Shown: positions 20,045 through 30,415 of the stretch, one piece after another
Numbering within the stretch: position 1 is the stretch's first letter
Layout: every line of letters begins with the position of its first letter
Assembly: GCA_965222155.1 (NCBI GenBank)
Contig: CBDCTH010000012.1
Span: forward strand, 1,088,001 to 1,152,000
DNA from: Gammaproteobacteria bacterium
Lineage (GTDB): Bacteria; Pseudomonadota; Gammaproteobacteria; Eutrophobiales; Eutrophobiaceae
Direction: 5' to 3'
DNA: 64,000 nucleotides
Notes under the pieces: model-generated
What the model was told of the DNA's origin: nothing
What the model saw: the letters and a program-made list of their open reading frames with translations, nothing else
Database searches by the model: none
Translations under genes and position numbers: made by a program

Positions 20045-20782
20045 ATGATAGCAATGAACCAAGAAGCTGCTGCAGAAATCTGGAACGACGAGCAGGACGA
20101 TGACTTTGTTCTGTCCGAACTGGACGATACGGAGCTGGTGGAACAGATGCACGATGACCTCTACGACGGCCTTAAGGAAGAGATTATAGAGGGCACGCAA
20201 CTCCTCCTGTCCCGGGGTTGGGCCGCGGACAAGGTGCTAAACGAGGCCCTGGTGGGCGGCATGCAGATCGTGGGTATCGATTTCCGTGACGGCATTTTAT
20301 TCGTGCCGGAAGTGCTGCTGGCGGCCAATGCCATGAAGGGCGGAATGGCAATATTACGCCCGTTGCTGGCGGAAACGGGGGCCAAGCCCATCGGCAAGAT
20401 GGTGATCGGCACCGTCAAGGGCGATATCCACGATATCGGCAAGAACCTGGTAGGGATGATGATGGAAGGGGCCGGTTTTGAAGTCATCAATCTCGGCATC
20501 AATAACAGCGTTGAGAACTATTTTGCCGCGCTGGAACAACATCAACCGGATATTCTCGGGATGTCCGCCCTGCTCACCACCACCATGCCGTACATGAAAG
20601 TCGTGATCGACGAGATGGTCTCGCAACATATCCGCGATGATTATATCGTCATGGTCGGCGGTGCGCCGTTGAACGAGGAGTTCGGTATTGCTGTCGGCGC
20701 CGATGCGTATTGCCGGGATGCTGCGGAAGCATCCGATACCGGCACGCGCCTCGTACGAACGCGGGAAATCATCAGCGCCTGA
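20045..20782 (+). CDS. Corrinoid (B12-binding) protein of a methyltransferase system (MttC/MtgC-like)
   Basis: Cap domain FVPEVLLAANAM; B12 motif GTVKGDIHDIGKNLV; SALLTTT; VMVGGA. Start may be ATG 20054. Confidence 0.92.
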   Translation: MIAMNQEAAAEIWNDEQDDDFVLSELDDTELVEQMHDDLYDGLKEEIIEGTQLLLSRGWAADKVLNEALVGGMQIVGIDFRDGILFVPEVLLAANAMKGGMAILRPLLAETGAKPIGKMVIGTVKGDIHDIGKNLVGMMMEGAGFEVINLGINNSVENYFAALEQHQPDILGMSALLTTTMPYMKVVIDEMVSQHIRDDYIVMVGGAPLNEEFGIAVGADAYCRDAAEASDTGTRLVRTREIISA

Positions 20783-20852
20783 TTCGCACATCCAGTACGC
20801 TGGCGTAGTCAGGTGCTCCCGCTAAATCGAGGTCAATACAGTTTAAGACAAG

Positions 20853-20878
20853 GGGGGACAGATTTAAATCTGTCCCCC
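20853..20878. repeat. Family B perfect palindrome
   Basis: GGGGGACAGATTTAAATCTGTCCCCC. Confidence 0.75.
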
Positions 20879-21064
20879 AGGAGTCACGAGGCCTGTTTCC
20901 CTGGGAGGGAGTCTCGCCCTCCACGAGGGCAGGAGGCCCTCGATCCCGGGAGTTAGCAGGAGCCGCTGTGGCGTAGTTTCGGGAATTGACACGTCCCGTG
21001 TCGATCTGCCGGAATTTCCCCGGCTTTGCTGAGATGGTTTAATCCAAATCTGGAGAGAACAGCG

Positions 21065-22609
21065 ATGGCAAGACAATCCGGTGGGAGAAAGGCGCGCAGG
21101 GCACTGCGTAGCGCACCGTTGGCTGATGCGCTCAAGCCCGTTCATCCGGGCGAGGTTGGCGGACAATTCCGGCCTTTGAAAGATACGGACAGCGCGGCCA
21201 TAAACGATAACGTCTTCAGGATTCTGGAAGAAGTCGGCTTCGGCGAGGCGACACCTCATTGCATAGAGACCTGTACCGGCGTCGGCGCCGTGCTCGGCAA
21301 TGACGGCCGTTTGAGAATGCCGAGAGCCGTGATCGAAAACGCCATGCGGCTTGCCAGACGCAACCTGGTGTTGCACGGCCAGGACCCCAGACACGATTTG
21401 TACCTCAACGGCAGCAAGGTCCACTTCGCGACGGCCGGCGCCGCGGTCATGGTTGCCGACCCTGAAAACAATCTATACCGCGAGTCGACGGCACAGGACC
21501 TCTACGACATGGCGCGCATCGCCGACACCTGTGAACACATTCACATGTTCCAGCGTACCTGCGTGTTGCGAGACATAGCAGACAATTACGAAATGGATCT
21601 CAATACCGCCTATTGCGTGGTCGTGGGCACCAGCAAACACGTTGCTTCAAGCTGGACCGAATCCTGGCATCTCGAAAAAACCCTGGAAATGTTGCACATC
21701 ATTGCCGGCGGTGAAGCCGAGTGGCGCGCGCGACCGTTCGTCAGCCAATCCAACTGCTTTGTCGTGCCGCCTATGAAGTTTGCCCAGGAGTCCCTGGAAT
21801 GTCTGCGGATCGCAGTCCAGGGCGGTATGCCGGTGCTGCTCCTGTCTGCAGGGCAAGCCGGCGCAACTACGCCGGCCTGTCTGGCCGGCGCCGTCTCCCA
21901 GGCCTGGGCCGAATGTCTCGGCGGCCTGGTCTATGTGAATGCAATCGAACCCGGCGCCCCGGCCATTCTCGGTGCCTGGCCGTTCGTCTCCGACCTGCGC
22001 ACCGGCGCCATGAGCGGCGGTTCGCCGGAACAGGGTCTGCTGTCCGCGGCCTGCGCGCAAATGGGCAACGTCTACGACTTGCCCTTTGGTACGGCCTGCG
22101 GGATGACGGATTCGAAATTCCCGGATTTTCAGGCCGGCGCCGACCGCGCCGCAACGACCCTGGCCGCGGCACTGTCAGGCGCCAACATTATCTACGAATC
22201 GGCAGGCATGTACGCGAGCCTGCTGGGGACCTGCCCCGAGAGCCTGCTGTTGGACAATGACGTGCTGGGCGCCGCTATGCGGGTAACGAGAGGGATTGAA
22301 GTTAATACCGAGACCTTGAGTTTTGACGAAATAAAACAGGTCTGCAGCGGCGGTGAAGGTCATTACCTGGGCTCTGACCGAACGTTGAAGGTCATGCAAA
22401 GCGAATATATTTACCCGGATTTCAGCGATCGCACGAGTCCCAACGTGTGGGAGGAAAGCGGAAAACCGATTATGTTGCAGAAAGCCATCGAGAAGAAACA
22501 AGCGATTCTCGCCAGTCATTTCCCCGGCCATGTCAGTGGCGAAACTGATGCCGAAGTGCGGGCCAGGTTCCCGATTTTCCTGTCCCGCGAGGCCGTCGGC
22601 AGGAATTAA
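21065..22609 (+). CDS. Trimethylamine methyltransferase (MttB) superfamily, non-pyrrolysine; candidate glycine-betaine:corrinoid methyltransferase
   Basis: MARQSGGRKARRALR start, QAGATTPACLAG, SDLRTGAMSGGSPE, GMTDSKFPDFQAG, GHYLG. No in-frame TAG. Lies next to the corrinoid protein. Confidence 0.88.
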   Translation: MARQSGGRKARRALRSAPLADALKPVHPGEVGGQFRPLKDTDSAAINDNVFRILEEVGFGEATPHCIETCTGVGAVLGNDGRLRMPRAVIENAMRLARRNLVLHGQDPRHDLYLNGSKVHFATAGAAVMVADPENNLYRESTAQDLYDMARIADTCEHIHMFQRTCVLRDIADNYEMDLNTAYCVVVGTSKHVASSWTESWHLEKTLEMLHIIAGGEAEWRARPFVSQSNCFVVPPMKFAQESLECLRIAVQGGMPVLLLSAGQAGATTPACLAGAVSQAWAECLGGLVYVNAIEPGAPAILGAWPFVSDLRTGAMSGGSPEQGLLSAACAQMGNVYDLPFGTACGMTDSKFPDFQAGADRAATTLAAALSGANIIYESAGMYASLLGTCPESLLLDNDVLGAAMRVTRGIEVNTETLSFDEIKQVCSGGEGHYLGSDRTLKVMQSEYIYPDFSDRTSPNVWEESGKPIMLQKAIEKKQAILASHFPGHVSGETDAEVRARFPIFLSREAVGRN

Positions 22610-22688
22610 CCCCCGTTCGTCATGCCGGCCAGGGAAACGTCATAGTGGACAGGGATTGCACACGCTGTAAGCAGGGGTGGGAATCCGG

Positions 22689-25145
22689 TCAGCTACGAAT
22701 TCGCTTGTTATCAGGATCGTACATGGGTCGCAGTGAGGCCTCGGCCTGGATGCGGACGCCGGCCACTTCGATTTCCAACGTGTCTCCGGCCAACTCCGCC
22801 AGGTCGCGGACCCCCGAGGTGTCGACGTAGCCCAGACCGATGCTGCCGCCCAGGGTATGGCCGTAACTGCCGGACGTCACGTGGCCGATAATCCTGTCTT
22901 GATGCCAGATCGGTTCGTTGTGGTAGAGGAGAGGTTCCGGGTCGCGCAACCTGAACTGTAACAGGCGTCTGCGTATGCCCTGCTCCTGCTGTTTCAGCAA
23001 CGCGTCGCGGCCGATGAACCCGCCCGGCTTGTCGAACTTGACCGTAAATTCCAGCCCTGCCTCGAGCGGCGTGTCCTCGTCGGTGATATCGTGACTCCAA
23101 TGTCGATAGGCTTTTTCGATACGCAGGGAGTCGAGGGCATGATAACCGGCGTGGGCCAGACCGGCTGCTTCTCCGGCAGCGACAATCGCCTCGTATACAC
23201 CGGAGACAAACTCGGTCGGTATATAGAGTTCCCAGCCCAACTCGCCAACGTAGGTAATGCGTGAAGCGCGCACCAGTGCGTAACCCAGTTCTATCTCGCG
23301 GCTGGTTGCAAAGCCGAACGCCTCGTTCGACAGGTCGTCCGGCGTCAATGGCTGCAACAGCTTGCGCGCATTCGGACCCATCACGGATATGACGCCCATG
23401 GCCGATGTCACGTTGGTCAGCACGCAGTGCGCAGCGGCGGGAATGTGCTGTTTGAGCCAGTGAAAATCGCGGATTTCCGTGGCGGCAGCCGTCACGATCA
23501 GGAAGCTGTCCTGGGCGAGACGCGTGACCGTCAGGTCCGCCTCGATTCCTCCCTTTTCGTTCAACCATTGCGTATAGACGATACGACCGGGCCGAACGTC
23601 AACGTCATTGGCGCAAACGTAGTTCAGCACCCGTGCTGCATCTCTCCCTTCCAGACGGTACTTGGCGAAGGACGACTGGTCGAACAGGCCGACGTTTTCA
23701 CGCACCGCCCGGTGTTCGGCTGCCGAGTACTCGAACCAGTTCTGGCGTCCGTAGCTGTATTCATAGCTGGCTTCCACCCCCCGGGGCGCGTACCAGTTCG
23801 GTCGTTCCCACCCGGCCGTTTCGCCGTGACAGGCGCCAATTGATTTCAGGCGGTCGTAAAGCGGCGACCTGCGCACGCCGCGTGCGGTCTCATATTGGCG
23901 AAAGGGGTAGTGCTTGGCGTAGAGCAGACCCAGGCTCTCGGACACGCGCTCGCGCAGGTATTTGCGGTTACCCTGGAAAGGCATGTTGCGCCGTACATCT
24001 ACCTCCCAGAGGTCGTCCGGCGGCTGCCCGGCGCGGATCCATTCCGCCATGACTTTCCCTATTCCTCCTGCGGATTGCAGGCCGATCGAATTCAAACCGG
24101 CGGCAACAAAGCAATTCCCGAATTCGGGCGCCCGGCCCAGGTGGTAACGCACGTCCGGGGTAAAACTCTCCGGTCCGCAAAAGAACTTCTGGATGCCTGC
24201 CGCTTCGAGGGCCGGCACGCGCGCCATGGCGTCCTGCAGGATCGGCTCAAAATGATCGAAGTTGCCGGCAATTTCATCAAAGCAGAAGTCTTCGGGAATA
24301 CCATCCATGCCCCAGGGCCGGGCGCTGGGTTCGAACGCGCCTACCAGTAATTTGCCGGCGTCGTGTTTGTAATAGGTACAGGCGTCATAGTCACGTATCA
24401 CCGGCAGGTTCTCATCCAGTCCCGCAACGGATTCAAACAACGCATAGTAGTGCTCACAGGCATGAAGCGGTACGTTGACCCCGATTGTCGCGGCCAGGTC
24501 CCGCGTCCACATGCCGGCGCAAAGCACCACGTGGCCGGCGTCCATATCGCCGTACCCGGTGCTGACGCCGGTGACCCGGCCGGCGCCGGTGCGAATTGCC
24601 GTTACCGGCACGTTCTGAAAAATCCGCGCGCCGTTGGCCCGTGCTCCCTTGGCCAGCGCCTGGGTGATATCGACCGCGTTGCCGTATCCGTCGGAAGGAA
24701 TATGTATCCCGCCGAGCACGTCATCGGTATGAAGCAGCGGAATCCGCTCCTTGATGGCCGCGGGCGTGACAACATCGACTTTCAACCCGAACACCTGCGC
24801 CATCGAGGCGTTGCGTTTCAGTTCCTCGAAGCGTTCTTCACTGGTAGCGATTGAGACCGATCCGCATTGCCGGTAGCCTGTAGCCTGCCCCGTTTCCGCC
24901 TCCAACCCATCGTAGAGTTCCCTGGTGTAACGGGCGAGCTTGGTCATGTTGATGGACCCGCGCAACTGCCCGATCAGACCGGCCGCGTGCCAGGTGGTTC
25001 CCGATGTGATCTGCTTGCGCTCCAGCAGCACAACGTCCTGTGAGTGGAATTTGGCCAGGTGATAGGCAATGGAACAACCGATCACGCCGCCACCGATGAT
25101 AATCACGTCGGCGCGCCCGGGGAGATTGGCTGGTGTATTGGACAC
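22689..25145 (-). CDS. GcvT-family FAD-dependent oxidoreductase (sarcosine/dimethylglycine dehydrogenase-like)
   Basis: IIGGGVIGCS, SGTTWHAAG, GPESFTPD, GWERPNWY, ITYVGELGWELY, SLRIEKAYRHW. Confidence 0.92.
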   Translation of the reverse strand: MSNTPANLPGRADVIIIGGGVIGCSIAYHLAKFHSQDVVLLERKQITSGTTWHAAGLIGQLRGSINMTKLARYTRELYDGLEAETGQATGYRQCGSVSIATSEERFEELKRNASMAQVFGLKVDVVTPAAIKERIPLLHTDDVLGGIHIPSDGYGNAVDITQALAKGARANGARIFQNVPVTAIRTGAGRVTGVSTGYGDMDAGHVVLCAGMWTRDLAATIGVNVPLHACEHYYALFESVAGLDENLPVIRDYDACTYYKHDAGKLLVGAFEPSARPWGMDGIPEDFCFDEIAGNFDHFEPILQDAMARVPALEAAGIQKFFCGPESFTPDVRYHLGRAPEFGNCFVAAGLNSIGLQSAGGIGKVMAEWIRAGQPPDDLWEVDVRRNMPFQGNRKYLRERVSESLGLLYAKHYPFRQYETARGVRRSPLYDRLKSIGACHGETAGWERPNWYAPRGVEASYEYSYGRQNWFEYSAAEHRAVRENVGLFDQSSFAKYRLEGRDAARVLNYVCANDVDVRPGRIVYTQWLNEKGGIEADLTVTRLAQDSFLIVTAAATEIRDFHWLKQHIPAAAHCVLTNVTSAMGVISVMGPNARKLLQPLTPDDLSNEAFGFATSREIELGYALVRASRITYVGELGWELYIPTEFVSGVYEAIVAAGEAAGLAHAGYHALDSLRIEKAYRHWSHDITDEDTPLEAGLEFTVKFDKPGGFIGRDALLKQQEQGIRRRLLQFRLRDPEPLLYHNEPIWHQDRIIGHVTSGSYGHTLGGSIGLGYVDTSGVRDLAELAGDTLEIEVAGVRIQAEASLRPMYDPDNKRIRS

Positions 25146-25206
25146 TATCAGCCCACCGATAGGACTATCATTCCGCGTCCCTCGTCGTCATTCCGCGTCT
25201 CTCGTT

Positions 25207-25297
25207 GTCATTCCGGCGGAAGCCGGAATCCAGTCCAATAACGTGCCGCCAAAGGCGGCGTTCTGTTTCACTGGATTCCGGCTTCCGCCGGAATGAC
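25207..25297. repeat. Family A doublet between the two dehydrogenase genes
   Basis: GTCATTCCGGCGGAAGCCGGAATCCAGT ... ACTGGATTCCGGCTTCCGCCGGAATGAC, preceded by two partial TCATTCCGCGTC iterations. Confidence 0.85.
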
Positions 25298-25367
25298 GCA
25301 GCTGACTGATACTGTATGGTTATTTCGTCAAGATAACTCATCGAACAATACTTAAAGTTTCAGGTCG

Positions 25368-27839
25368 TTATATCCTTAGTCGTACATTAGCAGGATCATA
25401 AGCCGGTTCCTTCAGGACTCTTGCTGGACAGCGTTCCCCGAGGAGGTCAATACTCAACTCCGTGCCGGGTTTGGCCAGTTCCGGGGTCACGTAACCAAAG
25501 CCCAGGCTTTTTTGAACGTAATGGCCATAACCGCCGGACGTCGTTACTCCGACGCATTCATCGCCTCTGAACATAGATTCACTACCCCGAATATCCGAGT
25601 CAGTTGCATCGACCTCGAAATACACGAGTTGCAGAGTGGCTTCCTTGTCCACTGGATTCCGGCATTCGCCGGAATGACGGAGCCGGTCCTGTTGCTCCAG
25701 GGTGGCCTGCCGGCCCACGAAGTCGTCCTTATCGAATCGGATAAAACGCGCCATGTCGGCATCGATCATCGTAACTTCGTTGGTCAACTCCGCCCCCCAG
25801 CCCCGGTACGCCTTTTCCATCCGCAGGCTGTTGACGGCGTACAGTCCGAAATCGGCAATAGCGAACGCCTCGCCTGCTTCCCGGAGGGCATCGTACAACT
25901 CCTCCATGTATTCCATCGGCGGATGCAACTCCCAACCCAGTTCACCGACATAGTTAACCCGTAGCGCCCGGACGGTCCTTCCCGCAACGGTAATCTCCTT
26001 GCCGCTCAACCAGCGGAACGCGCCGCTGTCCAGGGGCGAGTCCGTAACACTGGCAAGGACATCTCGCGATCTCGGCCCGGCAAGCACCAGCACGCCCCGC
26101 TTATCGGTTACATTGGCAACCTGCACCTGCTCGTCTTCGCGCCTGCCCTGGATCAGATGGTCCAGGTCGCGCAGTTCGGCGCCGGCCGCGGACAACACGT
26201 AGAAATGATCGTCGGCAAGATGCGTGATCGTCATCTCGCCGCCGATACGCCCGCCTTCGGACAACACGTGCGCAAGGGCAATGCCGCCCATTTTCGGCAT
26301 CCTGTTAGCGCAAATACGATCCAGGAACCTGTGGGCGCCGGCGCCGGTCACGTCATACTTGGCGAAACCCGATAAATCCAGGATGCCGACCCGCTCGCGC
26401 ACCGCCAGGCACTCATTACGCACCACGTCGAAAACGTTGTTGCGACGGTAGTCGTATTCTTCCTCGCGAGCGTCCGGAGAAAACCATTTGGGCCGTTCCC
26501 AGCCGAATGTCTCGGTGTACACGCAACCCTGCGCTTTCAGTTTTTCATACAGCGGGCTAACGCGCCGCGGGCGGGCGGCGGGCAACTCTTCACCGGGAAG
26601 CGGGGTAAAGTAGGTCATGCTGTAATCCTGGCGGCCCTTCGCCTTCATGTAGTCCTCATCGGCAAAGACGCCGAAACGGCGAGGGTCGAATCCGGTCATA
26701 TTGATTTCCGCAGCGCCGTAGAGCATCCACTGTGCGAGATACTTGCCACACCCCGCGCCCTGCGCAATACCGAACGAGGAACCGCAACAGAGCCAGAAGT
26801 TCTTAAGCCCGGCCACAGGTCCCAGAACAGGCGGGCCATCGGCAGAATGGGGAATGGCGCCGTTAACGATACGTTTGAGGCCGGCATTTTCGATGATCGG
26901 CATACGCTCCATCGCGCGTTCGAGCCACGGCATCAGACGGTCGAGATCTTCGTCAAACAGTTCACTGTCGGACTCCCAATCCGGCAGCCCCCGTGGCGGC
27001 CACGCTTCGGCAAGGTTATCGTGTTCATATATGCCGATAAGGCCGGACTTCTGCTCCTGGCGCAGGTACGCCGAGGAGTATGGATCGCGCATCACCGGAA
27101 TCTCTTCAGCGCGCTCGATAAATTCCGGTATCGGGCCGGAGACGAGATAGTGGTGCTGAATGTTGCAGATGGGCAGGTCGGCGCCCACCATTTGCGCCAC
27201 CTGCCTTGCATAACAGCCTGCCGCGTTTACGACGGTTTCTGCAATAAAGTTGCCGTTCTCGGTCACCACTTGCCATTCCCCGGAAGGCAGCGCGTTGATA
27301 TCAACGACCCGGTTATGCCGGACGATCGTGGCGCCCATGTTGCGTGCGCCGCGAGCCATCGCGTTGGTAAGACCCGCCGGATCCGCATGGCCGTCAGCGC
27401 GCGTCCACGCGCCGGCCAGGACGCCGTCGGTGGATATAAACGGATTGAGCTTCCTGACCTGGTCGACGCCGATGATTTCCATGTGAAACCCGACGTTATC
27501 TGCGATCCCTTTGACGTATTTAAACCAGTCCAGATCGCGCTCGGTTAACGCGAATCGAACACTGCCCGACATGTGCCAACTGACAGCCTGTCCGGTGAGT
27601 TCCTCCAGCCTTTTATAGAGGGAGATGCTGTATTCATGGATCTTGGCGAGATTGTAATTGCCGACGAAGTTCGGGCATTGGCCGGCCGCATGCCAGGTCG
27701 AACCGGAGGTGAGTTCGCCTTTCTCGATCAAAACAACGTCAGTGCAACCCTCCTCAGTCAGGTGGTAGAGCAGACCAACTCCCATGATGCCGCCCCCAAC
27801 GATGACGATGCGGGCATGACTGTCGGTGCTGTTCTTCAT
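25368..27839 (-). CDS. Dimethylglycine dehydrogenase-like GcvT-family flavoprotein, with an in-frame REP insertion
   Basis: IVGGGIMG, ELTSGSTWHAAG, GWERPKWF, VNYVGELGWELH, SLRMEKAYRGW. Confidence 0.92.
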   Translation of the reverse strand: MKNSTDSHARIVIVGGGIMGVGLLYHLTEEGCTDVVLIEKGELTSGSTWHAAGQCPNFVGNYNLAKIHEYSISLYKRLEELTGQAVSWHMSGSVRFALTERDLDWFKYVKGIADNVGFHMEIIGVDQVRKLNPFISTDGVLAGAWTRADGHADPAGLTNAMARGARNMGATIVRHNRVVDINALPSGEWQVVTENGNFIAETVVNAAGCYARQVAQMVGADLPICNIQHHYLVSGPIPEFIERAEEIPVMRDPYSSAYLRQEQKSGLIGIYEHDNLAEAWPPRGLPDWESDSELFDEDLDRLMPWLERAMERMPIIENAGLKRIVNGAIPHSADGPPVLGPVAGLKNFWLCCGSSFGIAQGAGCGKYLAQWMLYGAAEINMTGFDPRRFGVFADEDYMKAKGRQDYSMTYFTPLPGEELPAARPRRVSPLYEKLKAQGCVYTETFGWERPKWFSPDAREEEYDYRRNNVFDVVRNECLAVRERVGILDLSGFAKYDVTGAGAHRFLDRICANRMPKMGGIALAHVLSEGGRIGGEMTITHLADDHFYVLSAAGAELRDLDHLIQGRREDEQVQVANVTDKRGVLVLAGPRSRDVLASVTDSPLDSGAFRWLSGKEITVAGRTVRALRVNYVGELGWELHPPMEYMEELYDALREAGEAFAIADFGLYAVNSLRMEKAYRGWGAELTNEVTMIDADMARFIRFDKDDFVGRQATLEQQDRLRHSGECRNPVDKEATLQLVYFEVDATDSDIRGSESMFRGDECVGVTTSGGYGHYVQKSLGFGYVTPELAKPGTELSIDLLGERCPARVLKEPAYDPANVRLRI
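25651..25679. repeat. Family A arm inserted in frame within the CDS (encodes RHSGECRNPV)
   Basis: ACTGGATTCCGGCATTCGCCGGAATGACG, identical to the intergenic arm at 6363-6391. Confidence 0.9.
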
Positions 27840-27907
27840 TGTGATTCGAGTAATCTGAGTTGGTAAGAATATCCCAGGAATGGGTCTGCCCCTGCATGTT
27901 GTAATAA

Positions 27908-27932
27908 GGGGACGGATTTGAAATCCGTCCCC
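27908..27932. repeat. Family B palindrome just after the TBDR stop (possible terminator/stabiliser)
   Basis: GGGGACGGATTTGAAATCCGTCCCC. Confidence 0.8.
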
Positions 27933-27940
27933 GGTGATCC

Positions 27941-30226
27941 CTAGAACTCCATGCCGAAACGTACCATGTACTGTCGGGGCGCAATCAGTTCATCACCGGT
28001 GGCGCCCACTCCGAAGACGTCGGTAAAGCGGGCATTGATCCCGTCTTCATCGCCCAGGTTCATCGCCATCAGGTCGATGTGCCAGGGGTAGGCGTCCGGC
28101 GCAATACTGAGCACCAGGTTGACGATATTATAGCTCGGCACGTCGTCAGCTCTCGGATTGTTGAAGATACGGTGCTGGAAGCCGTCGCGGTAGGTGTATT
28201 GCACGCTGCCTTCGAGGTCGGCCCAACTGCTCAGGCGTCCGCGGTAACGCAGCATCACATCTGCAGTGAACTTGGGTGTTTTGGCCAGCTTATTACCGTT
28301 GACGTCCGTGATCACGGCGGCGCGTGCCTGCTCGATCTCGGTGCCAAAGAGAAAGGCCCCCTGAGCGAGCAATGCATTGGTGGCCGCGTCGGACTGCACG
28401 TTATCCAGGGACAGGTGAGATTCGGTGATCTCCGTTTCCAGCCAGGACAAACGGGCGTCCAGGGTGAACCTGTCGGTTATGAAACTGAGGAGTTCCAGTT
28501 CTGCGCCGTAGATTTCGGAGCCCGGAAGGTTGCCGACGCCGCCGTTAAACACTTCGGGGTCCGTTGCCTGGTACTGCAGGTTCTTATAGTCGTAGTAGAA
28601 GACGGCTGCGTTCAGACGAATCCGGTTGTCTGCGAAGTCCGTCTTAATGCCCAGCTCCCAGGCCTCAATCGTTTCATCCTTAAAGGTTGGCAGCACCAGT
28701 ATGGGTGAGATGACATCCTCGATGCCGAAGGTCAGGTTGCTGCCGCCCGGTTTGAAACCGCGGGTGTATGAGCCGTATACCATGGTGTCATCACCCAGGT
28801 CGTATTCCAGCGCGCCGCGGCCGGTGACCTTTTCACTTTTTACTTCGAGTATATCCGTGCCCTCGCGGCCGTAATAGTTGGTTACCTCGGAGTAGACCTC
28901 ATCCTCCGTATAACGCAGGCCGGCTATCAGACGCATGCGGTCGGTGAAGTGATAAGTCCCCTGGCCGTAAACTGAGATCGAGTCCCGCTCCGGTTTGGAA
29001 TCAGAGATAAAACCGACCTCTCCGCCGTAGCCCAGCACCTGTTCCAGCGTGACCGGGCCAAACACACCGTCCGTATCGAAGTCCAGGTACTCACGAATGA
29101 GAATATCTATCTCTGTGTCCAGGTAGAAGACCCCGGCTACCCAGTCCAGCTTGCCCCAAAGTGGTTCGGCGGATATCAGGTTGAATTCCTGGGTGAAAGT
29201 TTTCTGTCGATTGGTCTCGGGGTCGAAAACACTGGGCAGCAGGAAGATACCCTGGTTGATAAGGGTCACAAAGTCGTTGCGGTCGTTGTCCCGCACTACG
29301 GCAATATCATCGTCCTGGTAACTGCTCAGCGATTTTACCGTGAAGGCCGATAAGTCCCATTCGGCAACAAGGCTGTACAACTGGCTTTCCAGGTCGTATT
29401 TGTTTTCCGAGTTTTGCGCCAGCCGGCGTTTACCGGGAGTGGGGTCCAGGATACCCTTCTGCGCTGCCCCGTTGGTATCTTCCTCATAGTACTGGGCGGT
29501 GAGGTTGAACCGCAGGTTTTCAGCGGGGTTCCAGAACAGGCGGACTCGGCCGGAAATATTGTCTGCCTGGTCCAATTCCTGGTCCAGTACGATATTCCTG
29601 CTGAATCCGTCGTGGTTATGGTAAGAAACAGAGGCGCGCAAGGCCAGGGTATCACTCATTGGGACATTCACTGATCCCCGGGTCCGTATCAGGCCGTAGT
29701 TACCTACGGTCAGGTCGGCGTTACCGAAAAACTCCTCGGTGTTGGGCGCCTGAGTAATCACGTTGATAGCGCCGCCCGTGGAATTTTGACCGAACAGGGT
29801 GCCCTGGGGACCGCGCAATACTTCAATGCGCTCGATATCCAGGAAATCCGTGTGCAGCGCATAGGGCGAGGCCACGTAAATGCCGTCCAGGTGATAGGAG
29901 ACGGAAGGGTTGGCGCTTGCATTCTGGTTGGTTTCATTCCCTACGCCGCGAATGGAGATGACGGTTTTGAAACCTTCATTTTTGGCGACTGTCACCCCGG
30001 GCGCGATGCTGCTCAAATCCACGAAGGAGGTGATGTTCCGGTTGTCTATGTCCTCGCCGGACAGCGCCGTGACGGCCTGGGACAAGTCCTGCAGGCTTTC
30101 GGAGCGTTTTTCCGCGGTAACTATGATTTCTTCCAGCAGTGGTCTTTCATCCTGCGCCACGGCATTCAAGGGCAACAGGACGATAATTATGCTGAACAGG
30201 TATATGTTGGGTATCAAAGTTTTCAT
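27941..30226 (-). CDS. TonB-dependent receptor
   Basis: Signal peptide, LEEIIVTAEKR, DIERIEVLRGPQGTLFGQN, terminal Phe. Confidence 0.93.
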   Translation of the reverse strand: MKTLIPNIYLFSIIIVLLPLNAVAQDERPLLEEIIVTAEKRSESLQDLSQAVTALSGEDIDNRNITSFVDLSSIAPGVTVAKNEGFKTVISIRGVGNETNQNASANPSVSYHLDGIYVASPYALHTDFLDIERIEVLRGPQGTLFGQNSTGGAINVITQAPNTEEFFGNADLTVGNYGLIRTRGSVNVPMSDTLALRASVSYHNHDGFSRNIVLDQELDQADNISGRVRLFWNPAENLRFNLTAQYYEEDTNGAAQKGILDPTPGKRRLAQNSENKYDLESQLYSLVAEWDLSAFTVKSLSSYQDDDIAVVRDNDRNDFVTLINQGIFLLPSVFDPETNRQKTFTQEFNLISAEPLWGKLDWVAGVFYLDTEIDILIREYLDFDTDGVFGPVTLEQVLGYGGEVGFISDSKPERDSISVYGQGTYHFTDRMRLIAGLRYTEDEVYSEVTNYYGREGTDILEVKSEKVTGRGALEYDLGDDTMVYGSYTRGFKPGGSNLTFGIEDVISPILVLPTFKDETIEAWELGIKTDFADNRIRLNAAVFYYDYKNLQYQATDPEVFNGGVGNLPGSEIYGAELELLSFITDRFTLDARLSWLETEITESHLSLDNVQSDAATNALLAQGAFLFGTEIEQARAAVITDVNGNKLAKTPKFTADVMLRYRGRLSSWADLEGSVQYTYRDGFQHRIFNNPRADDVPSYNIVNLVLSIAPDAYPWHIDLMAMNLGDEDGINARFTDVFGVGATGDELIAPRQYMVRFGMEF

Positions 30227-30415
30227 GGCAAGCTCTTAATCAGGTTGTTAAATTTTCGGGGATCATATGATGCCCTATTTTATTCTTCTACGCGCATAAA
30301 AATGCATTAATGCACCATTATGGCGCAATAAACAAAATATCACTGTAATCCGGCAACTACCCATTTTATTAGCAGCAATTACTATACCAATCGCCGGAAC
30401 GATGATAGCCGGGAT

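Noticed and set aside
20880-21020. Cobalamin or other riboswitch between the corrinoid and MttB genes
   Set aside because: No B12-box (GGGAA...GCCACTG) pattern recognised; the hairpins look like degenerate REP-type palindromes.
21065-22609. Pyrrolysine-containing TMA methyltransferase
   Set aside because: The ORF is open with no in-frame TAG, and there are no pyl genes in the window.
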